This document shows positions 44,101 through 54,639 of a stretch of 64,000 nucleotides of DNA, one piece after another. Location: positions 3,906,001 to 3,970,000 of the forward strand of contig OZ251224.1 of assembly GCA_965240325.2 (NCBI GenBank). The letters are read 5' to 3'. The first letter of the stretch is position 1; each line of letters starts with the position of its first letter. The position numbers and the translations under genes are program-made. This DNA comes from Rebecca billardiae RCC1528. Lineage: Eukaryota; Protista; Haptophyta. The notes under the pieces are model-generated. The model was not told the origin of the DNA. It made no database searches and saw only the letters and a list, made by a program, of their open reading frames with translations.

Positions 44101-44227
44101 GCTGCCCCGCCAGACCGACAAGAACCTCGACTCGCCCGACAAGCCCACACTGGCGCTGCTCGCGTTCATGAAGAACTACGACTTCAAGGCACCCGACGAT
44201 TGGCAGGGCTGCCGCGAGCTGGAGTAG
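41139..44227 (+). CDS. Ion-channel (voltage-sensor)/class III adenylyl cyclase fusion, AC-alpha type; introns 42894-43059, 43810-43932, 43999-44113
   Basis: S4-like ARTARTVRLLRVVRLVRLVRLVKIYR. Cyclase motifs FADIRQFTDATECLQEQVM, NKNIGDAFLVAW and GLHVGWAIEGALGSQKKIDATYLSP. C-terminal TPR-like YINGAWAQAK...APDDWQGCREL. Confidence 0.93.
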
Positions 44228-45297
44228 CCTACGCCGAGATCGTCCATGCGGCATGTGCTGCCGCCCACGTGACGCCTCCGTACGGCACCGTACGGCACCG
44301 ACAGTACCGATCGGACTCGCCACTCGGGCGCAGCGGCGTCAGACTGTAGTCTGTTTACGCGCTTCTCGGGCGACGGTCTGAAAATCGGCGGCCCCGCCCG
44401 CCCGCGAACCGGGCATGCGTGGCCGGTACCGCGTGGCCCGCGCACCGGGCCAAAACCGCGGGCGACGTCATGCGCTGTCGCAGCCGCCAGCGCAGCTGAT
44501 ACCGAAACTTGGACGATGCCGTTGTCTGATTGAAACTTCAATGATCCGGAACAGGAATCTTATAATAAAACTTAAAAGGATCACGTCATCACGCGCGCGC
44601 GCAGCTACAGCAGCTTGACGCAGCGGGCCACTCAGTGTCCCGGAATAAACGCGCATCACAAAATCTTTGACGAGTGTTGACGCTGCTCGTCGCCTTACTA
44701 CGCGTCAGCTTCTCCAATTCGCCTCGGGGTCGCGGCCGGAAACAATCCGGCCTGCGCCCGCGACCCCGCGCGGCCGAGCTCGGGCCGACTGCGGGGAGGT
44801 CGGCGCGCGGCGCCGCAGCGCGCGGTGGCGCGCGCGCGTCCCGGAGCGCGATCTGGACTACGCGCGCGCGCTCACGTGCCATCGGGGGTACAGAGGCCCT
44901 GCAACCGCCCCCGCGTAGCGCGGCATGCCGCCTGCACCGCGTTGGCGTCCGGTCGTCGCCGATCACCCAGATCCATCGGTGCACGCAAGCGTGGCCGGCC
45001 TAAGGGCCGGTCGGCGAAGCCGCTGAGCGCGGATCTGATGCATGCCATTGTGTGCATGCATGTGTACAGCACACCGCCCACCGCGCTGACCGCGACCGTC
45101 GTCATGACGTTCAGCGGGCATCACGCACTGCTGCTGCCGATTCATGGGCGCGCGGCAGGCATCGTCCGGTTGCGCGATTCGCCGGCGGTGACTCGCGCGA
45201 TCGACGGTGTTCCGGGCAAGGGACACCGGCCTCCGGTTCCGGGTGACCGGGTCGGCTCCTCGCCCGCCATCCTCCATCGGCGGTGGACGTGAACTTC

Positions 45298-46821
45298 ATG
45301 GTCCCGATGCTCGCGTTCGCAGCCCTCGCCGGCGTCGGGGCGGCATCAGCCTCACCGCCCTCGGCGTTCTGCAGCTCGGCAAGCACGAACGCCTTGGCCC
45401 TGTGGCTGGAGGGCATCGCCCCTGGCGCCCTCACAGAGGTGCAGACGTGCGCGGGCGTGTCCAAGTGCTTGCCAACAAACGCCTACACGTACGAGCGCGG
45501 TGCGGGCGCGCCGATGACGGTGCGCGTGCCAGACCTACTCCATGGCACAACGTATCAGGTCCATGCCCGACACCTCATCGGAAACGGCGAGTGGAGCTCG
45601 CTTGCGCACGTGGGTGCATGCGCCACGCTCGACCTCGCGCCCACGCAGGTCGGCCACGTCCGGCACGACGGCAGCGCCGGCGAGGGCGATCCTGGCAGCC
45701 TGGCCGTGCGCTGGGACGAGCCCAGTGCGCCGGGTGTGCGGGGGTACAACGTCGAGTATGGGCGCGTCGACGGCACGCCGCAGGATCCCGTCACGAAGTG
45801 GGTGCCTGCGGGCAAGCGGCGCATGCGCGTGCGCGGCCTGGCGCGAGGCGCAGAGTACTCTGTGCGTGTGCAGGCGGACTTTGGGCGCGACCGGGCGCTC
45901 GGCGCATGGTCGGACGCACTGAGCCACCGAACTCGCGCCCCCGGCGTGAGCGCGCGTCACGTGCTCCGCATCTCCGAGTTCTGTGCGGACAACTGCCAGC
46001 CAGACTACCTGCACGAGCGCAACTCAGGCGACCCGCTTGCCGACGTTGCGTTCGCGACGATGGCGACGGGCTCGCCGCGCTCGCCGTTCGACATCGATCC
46101 TGCGCACATGATGCTCGTGCAGTACTGCCTCGAGCACGCCGAGCCGCAGCCCTTCTACCTCTCGTGCAACCCGGCCAACTGGACGAACGGCACGCACACA
46201 GGGCCGTACGCGTGCGAGTGTGCCAACGCCATCGATCGCCGCATCGCGCACCTCTCGACGGCCAACTGCACAAACGCAACCAAGCACCATAACTCGCGCT
46301 GCACGTGCGAGGCAGACGAGCTGCGCCGCTCGTTCGACGGTGTCGGCCGGCTCGAGATTTACTGGCCGTTCCCCTGGCACAACAGCACCGCCGCGGGCAC
46401 CGTCCGTGTCGGTTACTGGTACAGCACGCCGGCACGTGTCGAGTGCGGCGAGCAGGAGGCGGTCGGCGACGGCGGGTGCAAGTGGCGGCGCGCCCCGCGG
46501 CAGCAGCAGCTGCTGCATGGCTCTGAGCTGCTCGCCGCCGGTTGGCGCGGCTGGTACGTGGAACAGTCTGCGTATCCTGCTGGGGGCACGTCCGCAGCCG
46601 CCAAGCCGGCCGGCGCCGCCGCCGCCAACAACAATGGTACTGACACTGCCATGGACAAGCTGCGCTCGTGGAGCCCGTCATCTGACGCGGGGCGCGGTGG
46701 GATGGGGCCCGGCGCCGGAGCCACGTCCGAGGACGACGAGGGCCTTCGCGTGGTGCGGCAAAACATGGCCATCGTCAACAAGCTTCTCGAGCAGCGCACC
46801 ACGCGTTGCTGTGGGTGCTGA
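45298..46821 (+). CDS. Secreted fibronectin type III domain protein with a Cys-rich C-terminal region
   Basis: Signal peptide; FN3 hallmarks LLHGTTYQVHAR...GEWS and SLAVRWDEP...GYNVEY...GLARGAEYSVRVQA...GAWS; ends RCCGC. Confidence 0.8.
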   Translation: MVPMLAFAALAGVGAASASPPSAFCSSASTNALALWLEGIAPGALTEVQTCAGVSKCLPTNAYTYERGAGAPMTVRVPDLLHGTTYQVHARHLIGNGEWSSLAHVGACATLDLAPTQVGHVRHDGSAGEGDPGSLAVRWDEPSAPGVRGYNVEYGRVDGTPQDPVTKWVPAGKRRMRVRGLARGAEYSVRVQADFGRDRALGAWSDALSHRTRAPGVSARHVLRISEFCADNCQPDYLHERNSGDPLADVAFATMATGSPRSPFDIDPAHMMLVQYCLEHAEPQPFYLSCNPANWTNGTHTGPYACECANAIDRRIAHLSTANCTNATKHHNSRCTCEADELRRSFDGVGRLEIYWPFPWHNSTAAGTVRVGYWYSTPARVECGEQEAVGDGGCKWRRAPRQQQLLHGSELLAAGWRGWYVEQSAYPAGGTSAAAKPAGAAAANNNGTDTAMDKLRSWSPSSDAGRGGMGPGAGATSEDDEGLRVVRQNMAIVNKLLEQRTTRCCGC

Positions 46822-47083
46822 CGGTGATATGACGGACCTCAGTCTCAGCAAGAGAGAGAGACTGCGTCTGCGTCTGGAAGAGAGAGACTAGATCGACGAG
46901 AGAGTGAGACGGAGAGAGCACTCTGAGCAGCGCAGGCTACGCGAGTAGATCGAGCGCAGTATATATATAGCGCGCAGATATAATATATATATGTATGTAT
47001 GTATGATGCGCCGCGCATATAATCGCGCGCACTCAATCAGCTCAGACAGCTACTTAACTTATTAGACGACAGTATAGGGGGCC

Positions 47084-47607
47084 GGCTCGATTAGTTTTGG
47101 GGTGGCCTCAACTGCCAAAACCACCCGTCACGGAGAGGCCTGGACGGACGCAAGATGGGCACCCCTCGCCCTCGCCGTCGAGGACAAGCCGGAGGACGCC
47201 CGTGTCGGTAAGGCACCCGCTGGGGCCGGGTCGCCGCGGCCGCACTACATGCTCGCGCAAGGCGCGTTTGAAAATGACCCCAAACGACCCCACCCCAAAA
47301 CTAACCCAAGAGGCGTGTGCGCACGCGCGGCGCGGGTTCTGGGCAGCATTGCTCGGCGAAGCGAGCCGCCTTGTCTTGCTGCCCAGGCTGGGGATCTCCC
47401 CGCACTCACTCACTCCTGATGAGGCGGAAGCGACGCGCCGAAACACTCGCGATGCCGCCGAGGCGGGCACGGCGCCGTTGCCCAGCGTGGTCTTGTGGGA
47501 CATGGCGAGCCGAGTGGAGCGGCCATGCTCTCCCAGCTCGCGCGGCCACCCCAGTGCGGCGCCCAGTGGCACCCCAAAAGCAAAAGCACCCCAAAACTAA
47601 CCGAGCC
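47084..47607. mobile_element. MITE (family M2) with 21-bp terminal inverted repeats
   Basis: ggctcgattagttttggggtg (47084-47104) pairs with caccccaaaactaaccgagcc (47587-47607) with 1 mismatch. An internal copy of caccccaaaactaacc lies at 47291. Confidence 0.8.
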
Positions 47608-47649
47608 CCCCGGCCATAATCCATATCAGTCGATCTAAGCATCAGTATA

Positions 47650-48530
<881 letters not shown>

Positions 48531-48631
48531 GGTGCTAGCTGTGTCAGTGTGTCTTCTGAATCGCCGAATAATATATGCATCAAATTTGCATGCGCGCGCG
48601 GGGGGGCGCGCATTTGGCGGCGCATATTATT

Positions 48632-51022
48632 ATGGCCCGCGGTGCAGGGCGGAGCGCGTAGCGTGCAGCCCTCGCCGAGGGCCCTCACTACGTTGTCAAA
48701 AAGATCTTTTGATCAAAGAAAGGGGGGCGGGGGACGATTTTAAGGGCTGTTGGAGGGTGAGTTTTCGCTTTTTCGAGGGGTACATTGGCCCATTGCTCTG
48801 CATTAGCAAGACGCATTGACGAAATAAGCGCGCCCGCCAATTCGCCATAATATGTCGATGGACGGACGTGGGATCAGATACCCGGGGGTGAAACAAGTGA
48901 GTATTCCTGTCTTTCGTGTATGCTGGAGTACGAGTTTGCCGAGTGACGTTTGATTGTTTCGAGTCAAAAACTTGTTATAATAAGGATCCCAGCAAAACAG
49001 TTTAATTGGAGCTACGGGAGCTACGACCTAATGGAGATCGCCGTAAACGCTATTATCTCGTTTGGTTTTGATTCTTGCCGAAGCAGAGATAACCGTGATC
49101 ACTATCTATCTCCATTCGATCTTACGCGAAGGATCCCAGCAAAACCGTTAATTGGAGCTACGGGAGCTACGACCGCTAATGGAGATCGCCGTAAACGCGC
49201 GCTATTATCTCGTGTAGTTCTGATTATTGCCAAAACAAAGATAACCGTAATCGCTATCTATCTCCATTCGATCTTAATTTATGGGGGTACTCGATCAGGC
49301 TATTTGATTTTGAAGCGGTTGCTCAGGACTGGTGCTCGCACCGCAGATGGCGCGACGTGCCGCGTGGGCGGCGGAGGCGGCCGCCGCCGACGCCTCGCCC
49401 GGCGGCGGCGCGTGGCGTGGCACGCGGGTTCATTCAGGCCAGGTGCCGCAGTGCATCCAGGACCGCCGCCGCGTCAGGACGGCGAGCGCACGGGCCGCGC
49501 CCGCCGCCGGGGCGTGCGGCCGCCAGTCAAACTCGGCGCGAACCGCGGCAGTGAAGATGATCAACACAGCGAAGAAGCAGGTGGTGATCGAGGCGCTGGG
49601 CCTAGTGGGCCTGAACATGATGCTGCGCATCTTCTTGGGCCTGCCCGACGCGCACCCCACGCAGACGTCGCTTCTGGGCGAGTGGAACTCGCGACCCGTG
49701 ACTGTTCCCGGTCGACTCGCTCGCACTTCGCAGGCCGTTCTCACTCAAGCTGGTCTTCGTCTACGACTGTCCTCCGCGTCGCGACGATGGGCTCGACGGA
49801 GCCGCACAACCTGCAGCTGCTGCAAGATTCATTCACGCACCCTGCGCGTGCGCTGCCCCGAGACTCCGCGCCGCCGCCACCGCGCTGCGCGCCGCTCGCT
49901 GCCGCGGCGCGCAGGCCCGCTCCAGTCCGTGCCCGGCGGGCTCGCCGCGGAGCCGAGCGCGATGACGACCTCGACGTGTCAGTGGTCAGAGTCTGAGACG
50001 ACTGACAAGTGACAGTCCCCGCCGCGCGCTGCGCGCGGCGCGCCGCGCGCTGCCGCGGCGCGCAGGCCCGCTCCAGTCCGACGCCGAGTGCCCGGGCCGG
50101 GGGCTCGCCGCGGAGCCGAGCGCGATCAGGCGACCTCGACGTGCATATGTCTTGGTGTGCGGTGGCTCCGTTATATTGATTTCTCCGACGTTGACTGGCG
50201 CCCGCTCTCAGTGCCCGCTGTCCGGATCGGTCAATCATACTCTAACTAGCTCGGTTCTAGGCCGCGCCGCCGCAGCGCCTCGATTGGCTGAAATTCAGCT
50301 CTAGTCGCGGGCATAAACGGAAACGGCACGGGCAGCTGTGAAAGTTCTACGACGCGGTCAATCCGAATCACTAGCTTAGCAACGGGCGCGCAGACGACTC
50401 ACAACGTCAGATTGCCGGGTGTCAGGAGCCTGGTATTAGTGTTACTCGAGGGCCACTGACTGGTCGCAACCGCCTCCGGGGCTGGCCGTCACCCCGCTGG
50501 CGCCGGGCGGCCCCCGGGGTCGCGGCGGACTAGCCGCGCAGCCATTCATCCGGTCCGGGGCGTGGCGGCCCCGGGCTGCCATCGGCATCGCCATCGGCAT
50601 CGGGCATCGCCATCGGCCCCGGCCGAGTTGCCGAGGCAAGCCGACGTGCCGCTGCGAGCCGGAGCCTTGACTCTTGAGGCTTGACGTGGCATGGCCCATG
50701 CGGCAGTAGTTAAATCGCCGGACTGGCCCGGTATGAGTATCGCCATCGGCGATCCAGAGTCCTCGCTCGGCCCCCGGGCCGCAGCCCGGGCCCGGAGTGG
50801 GCGGCAACTGAGTGAGTAGTGGCACTGCTCACAGGCGAACTGACAACTGTTGGTTGGCACCGACGGTCAGACTAGATAATAATATTAGATGACAGACAGC
50901 GTCGTATGACGATACAATAAATACATATACTCTTAGTAGTAGCAGCCGACAGAGACTAGAGAGTCGGCACCGCGGGCCCCTAACTACGTTGGTTCTACGA
51001 AAGGACCGCGGAACGCGGTCAT
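48632..51022 (+). mobile_element. Non-autonomous element, copy B, with Helitron2/Helentron-like termini
   Basis: Same 5' end as 21938 (atggcccgcggtgcagggcggagcgcg...tcaaaaagatcttt). Its 3' end has gcaccgcgggcc (50967-50978) and the hairpin 51004-51020, as at 24075-24131. Internal tandem duplications lie at ~48982-49275 and ~49880-50145. Confidence 0.65.
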
Positions 51023-51034
51023 TATTATAATAAT

Positions 51035-51048
51035 TAGTAGTAGTAGTC

Positions 51049-51117
<69 letters not shown>
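51035..51117. repeat. (TAG)n microsatellite
   Basis: Direct reading. Confidence 0.98.
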
Positions 51118-51659
51118 TGATCGGCTACGCCGATCTTCGGGTAGTAAACAACGAAGTTGAGGGCGCACGGCCCTAGTTGTCGCGTTCTGACACTGTTCCA
51201 GTAGTACTTCAGTCTTCACGAATCGCGCAGCCCACGAGTTGACACGTTATTCGGTGAGCCGAGCAGCCGGCTTGTGTCGGACTTGCCTGCGGAGAGCAGC
51301 AACTGCCTGCCGTCGCAACTGCCTGCTCGGTCCGATCGGCTGCTCACAGCTCAGTGACCCAGTACTTCACGAATCGCGCAGCTCATCGTGAGCAGCAGCC
51401 GGCTTGTGACTTGTGTCGCGACACGGTCGTACCGCGGTCCGACGGTGCATGAGCCGTGACGGTCCGCGCGGACTGCGCGGAGCCGAGGCCCCGAGGCCCA
51501 TCATGCTGCTCACAGCTGTCAGTGACAGTGAGTAACGGCGACGCAGCGAGGCAGAGCGGCGCGCAAGATGATGTGACTCATCGACTGCATCAATAATTCC
51601 AAGCACACTCGGTCTCGCGGGTCTGTAGTTAGCCGCCTCACAGCTCGTCTCCACAACGG

Positions 51660-52015
51660 GGCTGCCGAGCCCGCCGCCGAGCCCGAGCCCGACCGGGCAC
51701 TCCGGCGCCGGTCACCGAGCCCTTGAATCACCGCTGTCAGCTGCCTGGCTCACTGCCACTCCGCCACCCACAGCCACCAGTTACCGCCGCCACAATCACC
51801 GCTACAGTCCCCCCCGTCGAGCCCGCCACCATCACCGCCTACATCGCCGCCGCCAAGCCCGCCGCCGCGCCCGCACGGGCACCTGACGAGTGACGTCGCT
51901 GCGCACATCGCCGCCACCAAGCCGGCTGCCATCACCGCCACCATCACAATCGCAGCCCGGACCCCGCCGCCGAGCTCGCTGCTGAGCCCGCTGCCGTCGT
52001 AGCCGCCAGCGGTCG
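51660..52015 (+). pseudogene. Degenerate Ser-Pro (SPPP) repeat coding fragment
   Basis: ccgagcccgccgccg / tcgccgccgccaagcccgccgccg units like those in gene 9-4676, but broken by indels and with no long ORF. Confidence 0.45.
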
Positions 52016-53425
52016 CCACCGATGACCGAGCAGGCAGTTGCAGCGACTCGCTCGGAAACGCACGACTTCGTCCTGCAAATGCTTCCCGGCGACTTGTCGA
52101 CTGACGGGAAGCTGGAAAAGACGGCGGCGTGAGTGTTGGTACCATCGATGTGGAGCATTAGCGTCCGCTTGCATTCGTGCTGAGAAGGGGTACACAAGGC
52201 TAGGCCTTCGTCGTGGGTATCCAATGTCACTCAACACCTTGCTGATCGACCCGACGAGTGTCCGGCGTGAGCGGCACAGCAAACCATTCGTGCGAGCAAC
52301 GCGGAGGACGGCGCTCGGGGCAAAGTGAGGCACACTGCCGCTGCGCAGCGGGCCGAGCGCGGCGCATCCTCCGCGGACCGACTCGGCCGAAGCCGCGCCT
52401 CACGCCGTGCGCAGCCTCACCGCCCGAGTCCCCCGCTGATTCCGCTCCGCTCGCACCGAGCCGCCGAGGCAAACACTCTGAAACTACGACCTACCCGGCC
52501 TTAGTTAGCTTGCTGCATATATTAATCAGGTTAAAAGGGGCGTATAATTTGAAATACTATTTACCGGTAAGATTCCGTCCAAAAATCCATACGGGTCGTA
52601 GCGTTTTATTTGCGCGGCCTCGCGCCTAATATCAGCGTTTCGCTTCGAAGATGCGTCTCTTATTCTTAAGTAAACTGTAGGCGCGCTGAAAGATGGCGTG
52701 TTTGGCGCTTCATTCAAAGATACCGGTCGCCCCATAGGATTTCGATGAGATCTTACATGTGTATTGATCAAGGGGCTTAACCAAATACCAACCACGATCA
52801 CACACCCCACTTCAAGCGGCAGAAGAGCCGATCCACAAACTCTCTTTCCTATACTTGGTGAGCTGTTTCAGGCTCTTACAACTCAGACATCTTACCAGCA
52901 TAGAATGTTCGAACACAAGGGAAGTGTGTTCTGTGCGAACAACCCACCATATCAGAAAGGTGCAGACGCCTTTGTCCCATTCGAGTTCGATTTCTTCTAT
53001 TACTTACTATCCAAGGATTAAGGAGCAGTACAAACGCAATCATGAGCAGCGATATCGAGTCAAATGCGGATAATTTCACACCTAAATCCACCTACAAAAA
53101 TCCCCCAAATCCTGCGCGCATCCTCTTTTTTGATTTTGCGGAGCACGTGCGCCGCCCCCCGGCTTTCGCTCACGCTCAGACCTTTCGGGGGGGCCGTGCG
53201 CCACTAGTACGGTAGATTACGGTAGCAGTAGAGTACTAGTATATATATATATATGTATATATTAATTTACAGCGCATGATTGGCGCGCGCTTGCTAGCGC
53301 TGCTAGCAGTCTCAGCCGAGCCAAGAGTCTGCAATGCAGGCGCGGACTTGCACTGGACTCAGACTTCGTCAGAGGCCGGCGCCGTGCGCCCGTGCGCGGG
53401 CCGGGCCGCCGGCCGCGTGCCACGG

Positions 53426-54466
53426 TCAGGTAGTCACCACCATGTCATTATTACTGGAAGCAACGGCCAGTTGTTGGTTGCCAGCCGGGCCCGCCATGGC
53501 GGTATCTGCGGGTTCTGCCTCGCTGGCGGCGCACCCTGGCGGCATCCCACCATCAGCAGCGCCACGCCCAATCTGTGCGCCGCTAGGACCGCCCAGCAGC
53601 GCTGCTGGTGCCCCAACGGCCTCGTGGCGCGCTGGCGCGAGCGCTGCAGCTGGCGGCGTCAGCTGGGCGACGGCGGCGAGTTCGGGCTGCTGGTGCACGA
53701 ACTCTTGCTCGTGCATGCCCTGGGCCCCGCGCAGCGGCTGTGCCGGGGCTGAGTCGCCGCCGATCCCGCGGCGGTGGCCGACCGGCGCGCCCCGACGAGG
53801 CTCCTGCAGTGGCGGAGGTGCCGACTCGTCCGCGGGGAGCTGGCTCTCCGCGATGCTCTGCAGCTCGCGCCGCTCGGCGGGCGTAAATCCCACCAGGTAC
53901 ACGTCCGAGAGGTCGCCCGTCCCGTCCACGTCGCGCGCGCGCAGCGCGTGCACTGCGTCGCGCACCGAGCACACTCCCATCTCCAGCACGTCTCGTAAAG
54001 GGCGCGCCCCGCGGAACACGCCCGAGCTGAGCAGGGCGAAGGCGAGGGTGCGCAGGCCGGGCGTGGCACAGGCGAGCACCATGGACTGCGCGTACGCCCG
54101 GCACAGGCTCGAGTCGCCGTGCGCGCTCTCCCGCAGCACGTGGTAGTTTGGGCCGACCGCGTGGATGACCCATCGGCACCGCAGCCGTCCGTGTGCGAGC
54201 GTCATCTTCGCGTCGCCCGTGCGGCAGCGTACGGCGCGCGCTGCGTCGAGGATGGGCAGCGCGAGGCGGTCCTCATACAGCGCCCTGCCGCCCGCCGCGC
54301 TGACGGCGCCGTCGACACCGCCGCCTGACAGGCATCCCTCGTTGGCCGCGTTCACAATGCAGTCTCCCGCAAAGTCGACCACGGAGCCGCTGGCCATGTG
54401 CACGCGCACGCCCTCGACGACGTGGGTGGACATCACATCCACGCCCACGTCGCTTGGCTGATCCAT
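53426..54466 (-). CDS. Macrodomain protein (MacroD/YmdB-type ADP-ribosyl hydrolase)
   Basis: GSVVDFAGDCIVNAANEGCLSGGGVDGAVSAAGG, VIHAVGPNY and LAFALLSSGVF. Confidence 0.92.
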   Translation of the reverse strand: MDQPSDVGVDVMSTHVVEGVRVHMASGSVVDFAGDCIVNAANEGCLSGGGVDGAVSAAGGRALYEDRLALPILDAARAVRCRTGDAKMTLAHGRLRCRWVIHAVGPNYHVLRESAHGDSSLCRAYAQSMVLACATPGLRTLAFALLSSGVFRGARPLRDVLEMGVCSVRDAVHALRARDVDGTGDLSDVYLVGFTPAERRELQSIAESQLPADESAPPPLQEPRRGAPVGHRRGIGGDSAPAQPLRGAQGMHEQEFVHQQPELAAVAQLTPPAAALAPARHEAVGAPAALLGGPSGAQIGRGAADGGMPPGCAASEAEPADTAMAGPAGNQQLAVASSNNDMVVTT

Positions 54467-54639
54467 CACGCGGTGCCTGCCCTGCCCGGTGCAGCAGGCG
54501 GGTGGCCCGGCCGACCCAGGCCGGTGCCGGTGAGGGCCGTGACGGAGTCGCTGCGCGCGCGCCCCGCCGCAGAGCTGTGTCGGGAGGGGCGATCGGCCGC
54601 ATCGGGTTGTGCGGCGCCCCGCCCCGCACGCTGCTGGCG

